A stretch of 64,000 nucleotides of DNA from an uncultured Eubacteriales bacterium (GCA_964458655.1 CAYWJT010000002.1:13299-77298); one strand, 5' to 3'; counted from the first letter of the stretch, positions 46,164-55,617 are shown. Numbers and translations: made by a program. The notes: generated by a model not told the origin, from the sequence alone.

Positions 46164-47705
46164 ATGAGACATCCACGATCGATCCTGGCCTTGGCTCTAA
46201 TGCTGTTTTCCGCCGCCGGCGTCGCCCTGGTCGGCCGACCCGTGGGCCAGGGCGGCCAGGCGGGCCCGGCGGCCCGCCGGACGGTCTCTCCGTCGTGGGA
46301 ATCTCTCAGCAGGATCCCCACGCCGCAGTGGCTGCGTGACGGGAAGTTCGGCATCTACACCCACTGGGGCGTTTACGCGGTGCCGGCGGTGGGCCCGAAC
46401 GGCACGTGGTATTCCCATAACATCTACATGAACCCGAACTCGCCGGAGCGGGTCTACCACGAAGCGACCTATGGGCCGCTCGAGAAGTTCGGCTACAAGG
46501 ACTTCATCCCGATGTTCACGGGGGCCAAGTTCAACGCCGACGAATGGGCTGACTTGTTCCGCAGGGCCGGGGCTCGCTTCGCCGGCCCCGTAGCCGAACA
46601 TCATGACGGCTTTTCGATGTGGGACACGGCCTATTCGGATTGGAACGCGGCCAAAATGGGCCCAAAACGGGACATCGTCGGCGAGCTTTCGACGGCCATC
46701 AAGAAGGCCGGGTTGAAGTTCGTCACCGCCTTCCACCACGCCGAGAACTGGTACTTCTTCCCGGTCTGGGACAAGCGCTACGACTGCGGGGACCCTCGTT
46801 ACTCCGGCCTCTACGGGCCCATCCATGAGAAGGGCGCACAGCCCGACAAGGCTTTCTTGGACCGCTGGGCGGCCAAGGTCCGGGAGGTTATCGACAAGTA
46901 TCGGCCGGATTTCCTATGGTTCGACTTCGGCCTGGGTTTCGTGCCGGAGGCCTATAAGAAGGAGCTCCTCGCTTACTTCTTCAACGCTGCGGCCGCGGAG
47001 GGCCGGGAGGTCGTGGTCAGCTACAAAGACCATGATCTGCCGCCGGGCGTCGGGATCAACGACCTCGAGCTCGGACAGGAACGGGAGCTGACCTACCACG
47101 AATGGATCACGGATTCCTCGGTGGACAACCAGGGCGCGTGGGGCTATGTCCGGGGAGCGGGCTTCAAGACGACCGAGAACCTCATCCATAATCTCATGGA
47201 CCGGATCAGCAAGAACGGTTACCTCCTTCTCAACGTCGGCCCGAAGCCGGACGGCACGATCCCTGAAGAGGCCCGGGAGATACTGCTCGGGCTGGGCCGG
47301 TGGCTCGAGGTGAACGGCGAGGCTGTTTACGGCACCAGGCCCTGGGTCGTCGCCGGCGAGGGCCCGACCAAGCTCGACGCCGACGGGGCCTTCAACGAGC
47401 GGGACACCCTTCGTTACAAGGCCCAGGACATCCGCTTCACGGCCAAGGGAGATGTCCTTTACGCCACGGCGCTCGGCTGGCCCGGCGAGAGGATCCTCAT
47501 CAAGAGCTTGGCCGGCGGTCCCAACCCGGGGCGGAACTTCTGGAACGGCCTGTACCCGTCCGAGATCGTCTCGGTCAGCATGCTCGGCGACGGCCGGCCC
47601 CTGAAATGGGAGATGACCAAAGAGGGCATGACGATCGAAACGCCCCCGACGAGGCCGTGCGCCCATGCCTATGTATTCAAGATCGTCAGGCGCGCGCCAT
47701 TTTGA
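46164..47705 (+). CDS. Glycoside hydrolase family 29 alpha-L-fucosidase, secreted
   Basis: WLRDGKFGIYTHWGVYAVPA...KFNADEWADLFRRAGARFAGPVAEHHDGFSMWDT matches the GH29 N-terminal catalytic region. AAGGAG lies 7 nt before the ATG at 46164 (an ATG at 46158 is also in frame). Signal peptide. Confidence 0.85.
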   Translation: MRHPRSILALALMLFSAAGVALVGRPVGQGGQAGPAARRTVSPSWESLSRIPTPQWLRDGKFGIYTHWGVYAVPAVGPNGTWYSHNIYMNPNSPERVYHEATYGPLEKFGYKDFIPMFTGAKFNADEWADLFRRAGARFAGPVAEHHDGFSMWDTAYSDWNAAKMGPKRDIVGELSTAIKKAGLKFVTAFHHAENWYFFPVWDKRYDCGDPRYSGLYGPIHEKGAQPDKAFLDRWAAKVREVIDKYRPDFLWFDFGLGFVPEAYKKELLAYFFNAAAAEGREVVVSYKDHDLPPGVGINDLELGQERELTYHEWITDSSVDNQGAWGYVRGAGFKTTENLIHNLMDRISKNGYLLLNVGPKPDGTIPEEAREILLGLGRWLEVNGEAVYGTRPWVVAGEGPTKLDADGAFNERDTLRYKAQDIRFTAKGDVLYATALGWPGERILIKSLAGGPNPGRNFWNGLYPSEIVSVSMLGDGRPLKWEMTKEGMTIETPPTRPCAHAYVFKIVRRAPF

Positions 47706-47821
47706 GCCGGCCAAGTGGCTGTTCTTCAGGCGGCCGACGGCTTGACGCGTTCGCATGGCCCGAATAAGTTCAACGGACGTGACCCGGGCCGCTCCGGGCC
47801 GAGGCCGCTTCCGGAGGGTCG

Positions 47822-48200
47822 AATGCGATATCGGATCTGGGGCTGGCTTTTAGCGGCGGTCCTCGCGATAGCCGTCGCCGATGACCGCGTAACGCACGCG
47901 GCCCTGGGCGGTGCCAGACGGATAGGGAAGCCCATACTTTATGGGTTCACGGACCAGGCGGTGACGAGTCTCACGGCGCTGACGAACTCCTGGAATCATC
48001 CCCCGGCTGTCGCCGGCGCCGCGGGATGCGAGAGCCGAGGCTACGATCCGTCCCAGCGGGCCTATGTTCTGGCCGCGACGGGCCGGCCGATCTCGTGCAC
48101 GCTGCAGGGCTCAGCGGACACCCCGGTCGTGAACCCGTGCTTCGTGATCGAAGATTGGGACTGCGCCTCCGCGGCCGGGTCACGATCAACGGCCGGGTAA
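47822..48200 (+). CDS. Small secreted protein homologous to the C-terminal module of the LamG-family paralogs; apparent -1 frame break near 48165-48185 (possible pseudogene or indel)
   Basis: Signal MRYRIWGWLLAAVLAIAVA. ILYGFTDQAVTSLTALTNSWNHPPAV...NPCFVIEDWD aligns with NIYGLTDLPAADLAALNRSWNLPPAV...NPCFVIRGW of 32549-35326. Homology continues in another frame (VTINGRVIRRRLRSPGERLELYDLGLGLP vs VYVNGKDCPEVRVGLDRRLEGDNLVIFLP of 13805-15859). Confidence 0.35.
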
Positions 48201-48333
48201 TCCGACGGCGGCTCCGATCTCCAGGTGAACGGCTCGAACTTTACGACCTCGGGCTTGGGCTGCCCATAGGCCCTTTGAAGCGGAAGCATCAGCATCATAA
48301 GGCTCCCGACCAAGAAGACGCTCTTTCGGGCGT

Positions 48334-50256
48334 TCATCGTTGGCCCTCCTTCAACGGAGCTTGTGGGGAAGGCACATACCCTTTATCCATCAGGCTGATG
48401 AAACCCAACAAGGCTCCCCAATGGTAGAACTCGTCGCTCCAGCTCCCGGTGTCGTCGCCACGCCCGGTCTCGGCGTTGTAGTTCTCGTACACATGGTGCT
48501 CGCCGAGCCAGGATCTCAAGAGCAGGTTCTCGGACTTTTCGGCCATGTCTTTCCGGGCTTCGGGCAGATCGTAATTCCGCAGGCCCAGATAGACCAGGAA
48601 ATTCATCGGGGCCCAGATCCTCCCTCTCCAATAGAGATTGTCCTTGAAGGCCGGATCGTTCCGGGCGATGGAAGGCATGATGAACTCGCCCCAGAATTCC
48701 CTAGGGTTGTAAAAGTGCTCTTCGATCATCCGTTCGGCCTGCTTCTGATCCGGGACCTTGGCCAGCAGGGGGTAAAACAGGGTCGGAGAGAGCCTGTGGC
48801 TGAATTCTCCCGTCAGGAGGTCCCTGTTCAGGTAGAGGCCGGTCTCCTCATCCCAGAGGGTTTCAAGCTTCGCCGAATACCTTGCCGCCCTTTCCCCCAA
48901 CTCCCGTTCCTCCTCCGTTCGTCCCAGGACTGCGGCTATCTCAGCCAGGCTCCGGCAATCATTGATGTAGAGGCTCATGAGGCCCACGTCGGCCAGCAGC
49001 ATCTGATGGGAGATCCTGTCGTAGACGGCATCATCGTACATCGGAGAATTATCGAGACCCGACTCCCACTTGGCTCCTTGGAGGTTCCCGATGCCCCTAT
49101 AGGACCGGTGGTAAGTCTCTCCATAGTCATAAGGGTCGGAACCATATGACAAATAGCCGTCAATTTCGCGGTTTTCGGCCCACCAGCGGTTCCATCTCAG
49201 CAATTTGTCGAAGACCTCCTCGAGAAACCACTTGTCTCGATATTTCCTGTAGATCTCCTTGATCACAAGAGCGCCGACCGGCGGCTGGGAGCGGTCCAGG
49301 CTCTTGATCCCCGGCTGGCTGTTGTTCGGGACGAAGCCCTTGTCCGTGATCTCGCTGGTGATGGCGATCGCGTTGGCGTAGGCCAGTTCTTGGCAATCCA
49401 GGGAGAGCATATAGGCCGCGAAGTAGGTGTCCCACTCGAACAGGACCCAACCCCCGGCGCTCCAGGTCCGGCTGACCGGCGAAATGACCCTGTCGTTGCC
49501 GGGATCGTAGATCGTGTTCCAGGCCAGTACGGTCCGCAGGGCCTCGTAGGCGTCCGGCGCCTCGGGATACGTGGACCTGCGGGAAGCGCATTGAACTTCG
49601 GCCTTGTCGATGACCTCGCCGATCTCCTCCGCCGTCTTGGAGGGATCCGTCGTTATCGCGATGGGCTCAGCCAACGAAAACCTCAGGCCCTTCTCCGTCG
49701 CCAGGTACCGGCCCGAGGCGACGGCCAGCTCCGTCGGGCCGGAGCGGGTTTCGGCGCGGATCGTGCCGTCTTCTATCCATATCTTTCCAGGTCTGCCCCA
49801 TAGCATCTGCGGGACCAGCACGAGGGCGTCGCCGGGCGATTGCTCCAGGGGGCTTATCCACAAGAAAAACCCGTTGTCGACGGCGGCGCTCCGGACTCGG
49901 ACGCGGATGCCTTGCCATTCGACCTCCACCTCGGTGTAGGAACCATCCCACGCATGAGGCCCGGGAATGACCCGTTCTTTGGCGCCGTTATCGCTCCTGC
50001 CTGGCAGGGCTTCTTTCAGCGTGTCCCCTGTTCGATGGCTGGCCAATTGGAGGCTGATCGAAAAACCTTCGGGCAACAGAACATGCGACAAGACACTCCG
50101 GGTATCCCAGGTGTTCCAGCCCTGGGAAAGCCGGGCCTTCATGGCGGCCCATTGCCTTCCGGATGCGTCTTTGGGCCCGGAGGATCCCATTCCGTTGCAG
50201 GAAACAAGAAGGGAGGTCAACGATAGGATCGCCAAGAAGGATGGAGTGGTTTTCAT
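48334..50256 (-). CDS. (alpha/alpha)6-barrel glycoside hydrolase, GH63/GH37-clan-like, lipoprotein
   Basis: Lipoprotein signal ILSLTSLLVSCNG. The motif GAKWESGLDNSPMYD resembles the ESG(M/W)D(N/F)S(P)R acid-residue region of GH63/GH37 enzymes. Family assignment is tentative. Confidence 0.5.
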   Translation of the reverse strand: MKTTPSFLAILSLTSLLVSCNGMGSSGPKDASGRQWAAMKARLSQGWNTWDTRSVLSHVLLPEGFSISLQLASHRTGDTLKEALPGRSDNGAKERVIPGPHAWDGSYTEVEVEWQGIRVRVRSAAVDNGFFLWISPLEQSPGDALVLVPQMLWGRPGKIWIEDGTIRAETRSGPTELAVASGRYLATEKGLRFSLAEPIAITTDPSKTAEEIGEVIDKAEVQCASRRSTYPEAPDAYEALRTVLAWNTIYDPGNDRVISPVSRTWSAGGWVLFEWDTYFAAYMLSLDCQELAYANAIAITSEITDKGFVPNNSQPGIKSLDRSQPPVGALVIKEIYRKYRDKWFLEEVFDKLLRWNRWWAENREIDGYLSYGSDPYDYGETYHRSYRGIGNLQGAKWESGLDNSPMYDDAVYDRISHQMLLADVGLMSLYINDCRSLAEIAAVLGRTEEERELGERAARYSAKLETLWDEETGLYLNRDLLTGEFSHRLSPTLFYPLLAKVPDQKQAERMIEEHFYNPREFWGEFIMPSIARNDPAFKDNLYWRGRIWAPMNFLVYLGLRNYDLPEARKDMAEKSENLLLRSWLGEHHVYENYNAETGRGDDTGSWSDEFYHWGALLGFISLMDKGYVPSPQAPLKEGQR

Positions 50257-50318
50257 AACTGTAGAAATAGTACAGTATCATGGAGATTTTCAATCACTTT
50301 CTTGGCAGGCTGAATGTC

Positions 50319-51890
50319 CTATTCTGCCCCGAGCTCCGCTCTCAGGCGGCCCAGCTCTTTTTGCAGCGATCCTTTGACGCCGGCATAATCCGGGCTGCCA
50401 TAAACATTGTGGAGTTCTTCCGGGTCTCTTTCCAGGTCGAACAATTCCCAGCAATCGATATCGTCATAATAATGGATCAGCTTATGACGCCGGGTGCGCA
50501 CCCCATAATGCTTCCGGACGGAATGCACCGCGGGATATTCATAATAATGGTAATAGAATGACCGGCGCCAGTCCGGGATCTTTTTCCCCTGGAGGAGCCC
50601 CTTGAACGACCGCCCCTGCATGAAGGCCGGGACGGGAATGCCGGCCAGGTCCAGAAGCGTCGGAGCCAGATCAACGTTAAGCACCATGTGCTCTTTATCG
50701 ACTCTTTTCCTCTCGATCCCATCCGGGAACCTGAGGATCAAGGGGGTCCGCAAGCTGGGTTCATACATGAAACGCTTGTCGAACCAGCCGTGTTCGCCAA
50801 GGAAAAAGCCCTGGTCTGAAGTGAAGACCACCACCGTATTATCCGCCAGGCCTTCTTCATCCAGGAATTCAAGCAGGCGCCGCATGCCGATATCCACCGA
50901 GGCCAGGCAGCGTAGGTAATCCTTAATATAACGCTGGTATTTCCACACGGCCAGCTCTTGGCCTTCAGGTTTCTTCCTCCTGAACTCCTCGTTGTCTTCC
51001 CTGTAGGCTTTATCCCAGGCCTCTTTTTGTTCCGCGGTCAATCGGTTGTAAGCTGACAGCCAGTAATCCAGCCCGACCTTCTCCTGTTCGGTAAGATCGG
51101 AAGTCCCCAACGGAAAGAGCTTAAGGTCATAAGCCAGATAAGCATGGTTGGCGATCGTCATTTCCTGAAGCCTCGCCGCCGCGCACCTGGTCGCATAATC
51201 ATCAAAATAAGTTTCCGGCACCGGCAAGTCTTCGTGACGATAAAGATCGAGGAATTCCAGGGCCGGCATCCAGTTTCGATGCGGCGCCTTATGGTTCAGG
51301 AAAAGCAGAAAAGGTTTTTGCTTATCCCGATCCTTCAGCCAGGCCAGGGATTTCTCGGTAAGCAGGTCGGTAACATATCCGTATTCCCGGTATTTCCGTC
51401 CTTTCTCGATGAAATCAGGGTTATAATACTGGCCCTGGTCCGGAAGGATGCAATAATGATCGAAGCCGAGCGGGGCCGCTTTAAGATGCCATTTGCCTAT
51501 CAGGGCCGTCTGGTAGTCCGCTCCCTTGAACAACAAAGCAAAGCTGTTCGCCTGAGAGCTCATTTCTATGCTGTTATCCACCACTCCGTGCCGATGGCTG
51601 TACTGACCGGTGAGGATGGAAGCCCGGCTGGGAGCGCAGATGGCATTAGTGCTGAAGCTCAGCTCAAAGCGCACCCCTTCTTCCGCCAGCCGGTCGATGT
51701 GCGGGGTCTTAATCAGCCTGTCGTCGTAGCAGCCGACGGCCCTGCATGCCTGGTCATCGGTCAGGATGAAGATGACATTGGGCCTGACCGGTTGTCTGCG
51801 GCAGCAAATGGAAGATACGGCCAGAGGCAAAGCCAGGCTTCCCTGAGCCGCAAGTTTTATGAACTCTTTTCTGGTCAGCTTATCGGCCAT
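50319..51890 (-). CDS. Formylglycine-dependent sulfatase (canonical C-A-P-S-R), secreted
   Basis: Signal or Tat-like N-terminus. ILTDDQACRAVG metal motif. NAICAPSRASILTGQYSHRHG signature. Confidence 0.9.
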   Translation of the reverse strand: MADKLTRKEFIKLAAQGSLALPLAVSSICCRRQPVRPNVIFILTDDQACRAVGCYDDRLIKTPHIDRLAEEGVRFELSFSTNAICAPSRASILTGQYSHRHGVVDNSIEMSSQANSFALLFKGADYQTALIGKWHLKAAPLGFDHYCILPDQGQYYNPDFIEKGRKYREYGYVTDLLTEKSLAWLKDRDKQKPFLLFLNHKAPHRNWMPALEFLDLYRHEDLPVPETYFDDYATRCAAARLQEMTIANHAYLAYDLKLFPLGTSDLTEQEKVGLDYWLSAYNRLTAEQKEAWDKAYREDNEEFRRKKPEGQELAVWKYQRYIKDYLRCLASVDIGMRRLLEFLDEEGLADNTVVVFTSDQGFFLGEHGWFDKRFMYEPSLRTPLILRFPDGIERKRVDKEHMVLNVDLAPTLLDLAGIPVPAFMQGRSFKGLLQGKKIPDWRRSFYYHYYEYPAVHSVRKHYGVRTRRHKLIHYYDDIDCWELFDLERDPEELHNVYGSPDYAGVKGSLQKELGRLRAELGAE

Positions 51891-51930
51891 GTGTTGTTCC
51901 TGGCTGCATAACTGACAACTGGTGCATTGC

Positions 51931-53154
51931 CTACCTCGCCGCCAGGGCGCTCCGCATCACGGCGGCCAGCCGCCGGACGCCCTCGATGCTCTGTTCTTTC
52001 GTCGGATAGGAGAAATTTATCCTCATCGCGTTCTTGCGTCGGGCGCTCTCCGGATAGAAGACCTCGCCGGGCACGAACGCGACCTTTTGCTCGATCGCCC
52101 GATAGAAAAGATCGCCGGTGTCGATCCCTTCGGGCGCCGTTATCCAGAGGAAGAGCCCCCCTTCCGGCTTGGTCCAGCGGACGCCCCAGTCCGGCGGGAA
52201 ATGCTCCGTCATCGCATCCAGGAAGAACTTGAGTTTCTCGGAATAATACCGCCTGGCCGTCCGGAAATGGGCGTCGAGGTCGCACTCGCGGAGGAAGGCG
52301 GCGCAGATATCCTGGTTGAGCTTGGGCGTGTTGAGGACGTTGGCGCCCTTTATGAAATTGCATTTCTTGATGACCTCGGCCGGACCGATGTTGAAGCCGA
52401 CCCTGAGGCCCGGACAGAGGATCTTGGAAAAGGTGTACAGGCCGATGACCCGGCCGCGGTTCTCATCCAGGGCGTAGAGCGAGGGGAGATGCTCCCCGGC
52501 GTACCTCAGGTCGCGGTAGGGGCTGTCCTCGATGATGGGCAGGCCGAAGCGGTCGCTCAGCGAGAGCAAGGCCTGCCTCTTTTCCAGGCTCATGGTGATG
52601 CCGGAGGGGTTCTGGAAATCGGGGACCACGTAGATGAACTTCGGTCGCGTCCCCCGCTTCACGAGGTCCTCGATACCGGCCTCCATGGCCTCGACATCCG
52701 AGCCGTCCTCCTCGATATCGAAGGCCAGGTATCGGGCGTCCTCGAGCTCGAAGGCGGCCAGGGCGCCCCCGAAGGTCGGGAGGTCGGTCACGATCACGTC
52801 CCCGGGGTTCAGGAAGAGGCGCCCGATGAGGTCGATGCCGTGCTGCCCGGAGGTCGTGATGACGACGTTTTCCGGGCCGACCCGGATCCCGTCGCGCTTG
52901 AGGAACTCGATGACCGCCTCTATCAGGCTCTTCTCACCGGGGATGGGAGAATACTGGAGGCTTTCCTTCCAGCCTTCACCCAACGATCGCCCGGCCGCCA
53001 TCCGGATGAAGTCCGTGGGGAACACGTCAGGGCTGGGCAGCCCCCCGGCGAAAGAGATGATCTCGGGGTCTCCCAGGTACTTCAGCATCTTGCCGATGGC
53101 ATAGCCCTCGAACTTCCTCATGATCGGGCTGAACAACGATTCCAGTTTGTCCAT
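51931..53154 (-). CDS. PLP-dependent aminotransferase, class I/II fold
   Basis: AAT-like fold, with TFSKILCPGLRVGF containing the PLP-lysine (SK) and the conserved YxxPxGxP...R architecture. 407 aa. Confidence 0.8.
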   Translation of the reverse strand: MDKLESLFSPIMRKFEGYAIGKMLKYLGDPEIISFAGGLPSPDVFPTDFIRMAAGRSLGEGWKESLQYSPIPGEKSLIEAVIEFLKRDGIRVGPENVVITTSGQHGIDLIGRLFLNPGDVIVTDLPTFGGALAAFELEDARYLAFDIEEDGSDVEAMEAGIEDLVKRGTRPKFIYVVPDFQNPSGITMSLEKRQALLSLSDRFGLPIIEDSPYRDLRYAGEHLPSLYALDENRGRVIGLYTFSKILCPGLRVGFNIGPAEVIKKCNFIKGANVLNTPKLNQDICAAFLRECDLDAHFRTARRYYSEKLKFFLDAMTEHFPPDWGVRWTKPEGGLFLWITAPEGIDTGDLFYRAIEQKVAFVPGEVFYPESARRKNAMRINFSYPTKEQSIEGVRRLAAVMRSALAAR

Positions 53155-53167
53155 GGGACTCCCTGTT

Positions 53168-53560
53168 TCAGGCCTTGGGCTTGTACCGAGCCGGGTCGTC
53201 GAAGACGTCGATGACGTTCACCCTCACGGGGAAATCCGCCGCGTGGGGCGTGCCGGCCGGGATGTAATACCACTCGCCTTTCCGATAGACACGGGTCAGG
53301 CCGCCGATCGTCAGCGAGATCTCGCCCTCCACCACTATGCCCCACTGGGCGCAGTGGGCGTGGGGCGGGATCCGGATGCCGGCCTCGATGTCGAAGAAGA
53401 CCGCCTGGCTCCTTTGGCCCTGGAGCAGCCAGCCGCGCACGCCCGGAACGGGGCTCTCGATCGCGGGGAGGTTCCTGATCATCTCCGGGAACGGGGTCCC
53501 CTCCCATGCTCTCATTATCTCGTCCATCCGCGCCTCCCTCATCTTCTGTTCTTCCGCCAC
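53168..53560 (-). CDS. Cupin-domain protein
   Basis: 130 aa. PHAHCAQWGIVVEGEISLTIGG...GEWYYIPAGTPH is a classic cupin two-motif pattern. Confidence 0.6.
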   Translation of the reverse strand: MAEEQKMREARMDEIMRAWEGTPFPEMIRNLPAIESPVPGVRGWLLQGQRSQAVFFDIEAGIRIPPHAHCAQWGIVVEGEISLTIGGLTRVYRKGEWYYIPAGTPHAADFPVRVNVIDVFDDPARYKPKA

Positions 53561-53577
53561 CCGGCCTCTTAACCCAC

Positions 53578-54369
53578 TCAGAAGAGGCCTTTGATGAAGC
53601 CCCCGTCCACTTGGAGGGCGACCCCGGTGATGTAGGCGGCCGCTTCCGAGGCCAGGAATACCGCGGCGGCGGCCACCTCCTCCGGCTTGCCCAGCCGCCC
53701 CAGGGGAATGGCCTTCTCCAGCCGGCTGTAGTAATCCTGGGGCGTGCCCTGCCCTTTTTCGGCGAAGGCCCTGGCCAGGCCTTCCACCCGTTCCGTTCTG
53801 GTATAGCCGGGGCAGAGGCAGTTCGCCGTGATCCCGAATCCGGCCAGCTGGTTCGCGAGCGACTTGACGAATCCCAGGACGCCGGCCCGGGCCGCGCTGG
53901 ACAGGATCAGGCCGTCGATAGGCTGCTTGGCCGAAACGGACGCCAAGGCGATGATCCGGCCCCAGCGCCCTTTTTTCATCAGCGGCATGACTTCATAGCA
54001 GAGCCGGACCGTGCTGAGCAGGTTCAGCTCGAGCGCCTTCCGGTAATCGTCCGGCCTGAAGTCGTCGACCTGGCCGGCCGGCGGGCCGCCGGCGTTGGCG
54101 ACAAGGATGTCCACCGAGCCGAACTCGGCCGCGGCGAATCGCACAAGCTCCCGGACATCCGCGTCGTCCGCGACATCGGCCCGGAACGCCCGGACCTCGC
54201 CCCCGGTCTCCCGGGCGATCGCCTCCCGGGCCTCGAGAAGCCGCGCCTCATCCCGAGCGCAAATAACGACTCTGGCGCCCTCGCGGCAGAAAGCGGCGGC
54301 GATGGCCTTGCCCAGCCCCCGGCTCGAGGCCGTCACCAGGGCGATCCTGTTCCTGATGCCAAGGTCCAT
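53578..54369 (-). CDS. Short-chain dehydrogenase/reductase (SDR) family protein lacking the canonical catalytic YxxxK
   Basis: TASSRGLGKAIA (TGxxxGxG), NAGG, catalytic Ser in ALASVSA, and PG motif LCPGYTRT. The expected Y-x-x-x-K reads LSSAARAGV, with no Tyr and an Arg for the Lys. Confidence 0.75.
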   Translation of the reverse strand: MDLGIRNRIALVTASSRGLGKAIAAAFCREGARVVICARDEARLLEAREAIARETGGEVRAFRADVADDADVRELVRFAAAEFGSVDILVANAGGPPAGQVDDFRPDDYRKALELNLLSTVRLCYEVMPLMKKGRWGRIIALASVSAKQPIDGLILSSAARAGVLGFVKSLANQLAGFGITANCLCPGYTRTERVEGLARAFAEKGQGTPQDYYSRLEKAIPLGRLGKPEEVAAAAVFLASEAAAYITGVALQVDGGFIKGLF

Positions 54370-54381
54370 CGCTTCCCCGGC

Positions 54382-55617
54382 TCAACCTCGGCTCGAGATG
54401 CGGGCGAATCGGACCTTGTGCCCCCGGCGCATGATCTCCTTGGCGTCCAGGTCGCACCGGAGGCACTTGTGGTAGAGGACGTCGCCGATCAGGGCGGACT
54501 TGTCTTTCCGTTCCTCGTCGGAGAGGAAGTAGGCCTCCATCGTATCGTAGGGACGGGACGTCCCGTCGCTCTCGTATTTGATCGTCAGGTCGCATCCGGC
54601 GTCGAGCACCCGGAACGCGTTCTCGGTCCAGTTGAAGTCGGCCCGTCCCAGGTCGGGGTTGATCCGCAGGTGGGCGGCCAGGTAGATGTTGGGGAGGCCG
54701 GAATCCCGAAGCTCATGGAAGCACTGAATGAAGGTCTCCGCCGTGGCGGCGTTGCCGATGTTGATCTCGTAGATGGGCGTCGTCCCGTCGTCCCGGAGGT
54801 ACTCCTTGATTATGTTCATCAGCATCCTGAACTGGATGGCGTTCTGGGTCGAGAGGAGCATCGAGATTTTGAAGGACAGATTGGGGATCTCACGGGCGTA
54901 GTAGCAGGCGGCGACGATCGACGACCAGCTGGGATTGAGGAAAAAATTGGCTCCCGTTTCGAGGGCCGCCCGGGTGATGCCGTCCAGGTAGACCAGATGG
55001 TTGTTGTTGCCCACTTCGACGCCGCCCAGGTTGCCGAAGGCCGTCCCCATGTTCTTGAGGAGGACCTGGCTCAGCCCGTTCCCGACGTCGGCCCGCTCGA
55101 ACTTTTCGCCGGTGGCCTTTTCCAGCCGGAGGAAACGTTCCTCGAGGACGGGCGTGCCGATCAGGTTGGTGGAACAGAACTTGCTCGCGCCCAGGATGTT
55201 CTCGGTCATGGCCAGGGTGGCCAGGAGGTCCCCGCCGTAGACGTAGGTCTCGGTCATGGGCACGACCGAGATCATCTCGGCCGGAAAGAGCACGTCGCCG
55301 TTCTCGCTCATCCGCCGTATGCAGTCAAGGGTGACGTGGGCGCCCTGGAAGCCGGAGACCTGGGTGGTGCAGACGCCGGCTTTGGTCACACGGAGACCGT
55401 GCTTCTCGTTGAAATCTTCGACCTTGGCAGAACGCTTGGCGTAGGCTTCGGCCTTGTCCAGGGTTTCCCCCCAGCCCTTGGAGGCAGCGGCCTTCTTGCG
55501 CGCTTCGTAGCCCCGCAGGGCCTCGATCCGTGCGGCGATCTCCTTCCCTCCGCCGTAGGAATCCCTCAGGGCATCCATGGCCTTCAGGTCTCTGGGCGAC
55601 AAAAGGTCGAAATGCAT
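54382..55617 (-). CDS. Hypothetical enzyme (411 aa), first gene of the minus-strand catabolic operon
   Basis: Long ORF with clean gene-to-gene spacing ahead of the SDR gene (12-nt gap). No family recognised. Confidence 0.5.
   Translation of the reverse strand: MHFDLLSPRDLKAMDALRDSYGGGKEIAARIEALRGYEARKKAAASKGWGETLDKAEAYAKRSAKVEDFNEKHGLRVTKAGVCTTQVSGFQGAHVTLDCIRRMSENGDVLFPAEMISVVPMTETYVYGGDLLATLAMTENILGASKFCSTNLIGTPVLEERFLRLEKATGEKFERADVGNGLSQVLLKNMGTAFGNLGGVEVGNNNHLVYLDGITRAALETGANFFLNPSWSSIVAACYYAREIPNLSFKISMLLSTQNAIQFRMLMNIIKEYLRDDGTTPIYEINIGNAATAETFIQCFHELRDSGLPNIYLAAHLRINPDLGRADFNWTENAFRVLDAGCDLTIKYESDGTSRPYDTMEAYFLSDEERKDKSALIGDVLYHKCLRCDLDAKEIMRRGHKVRFARISSRG

Noticed and set aside
43437-46172. 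473-aa and 428-aa minus-strand ORFs
   Set aside because: Antisense to GH paralog 2 (43272-46127).
48062-48337. 91-aa minus-strand ORF with a signal-peptide-like N-terminus, 4-bp coupled to the GH63-like gene
   Set aside because: Its 3' half is antisense to the plus-strand frame supported by homology to two paralogs. Kept only as an alternative in the findings.
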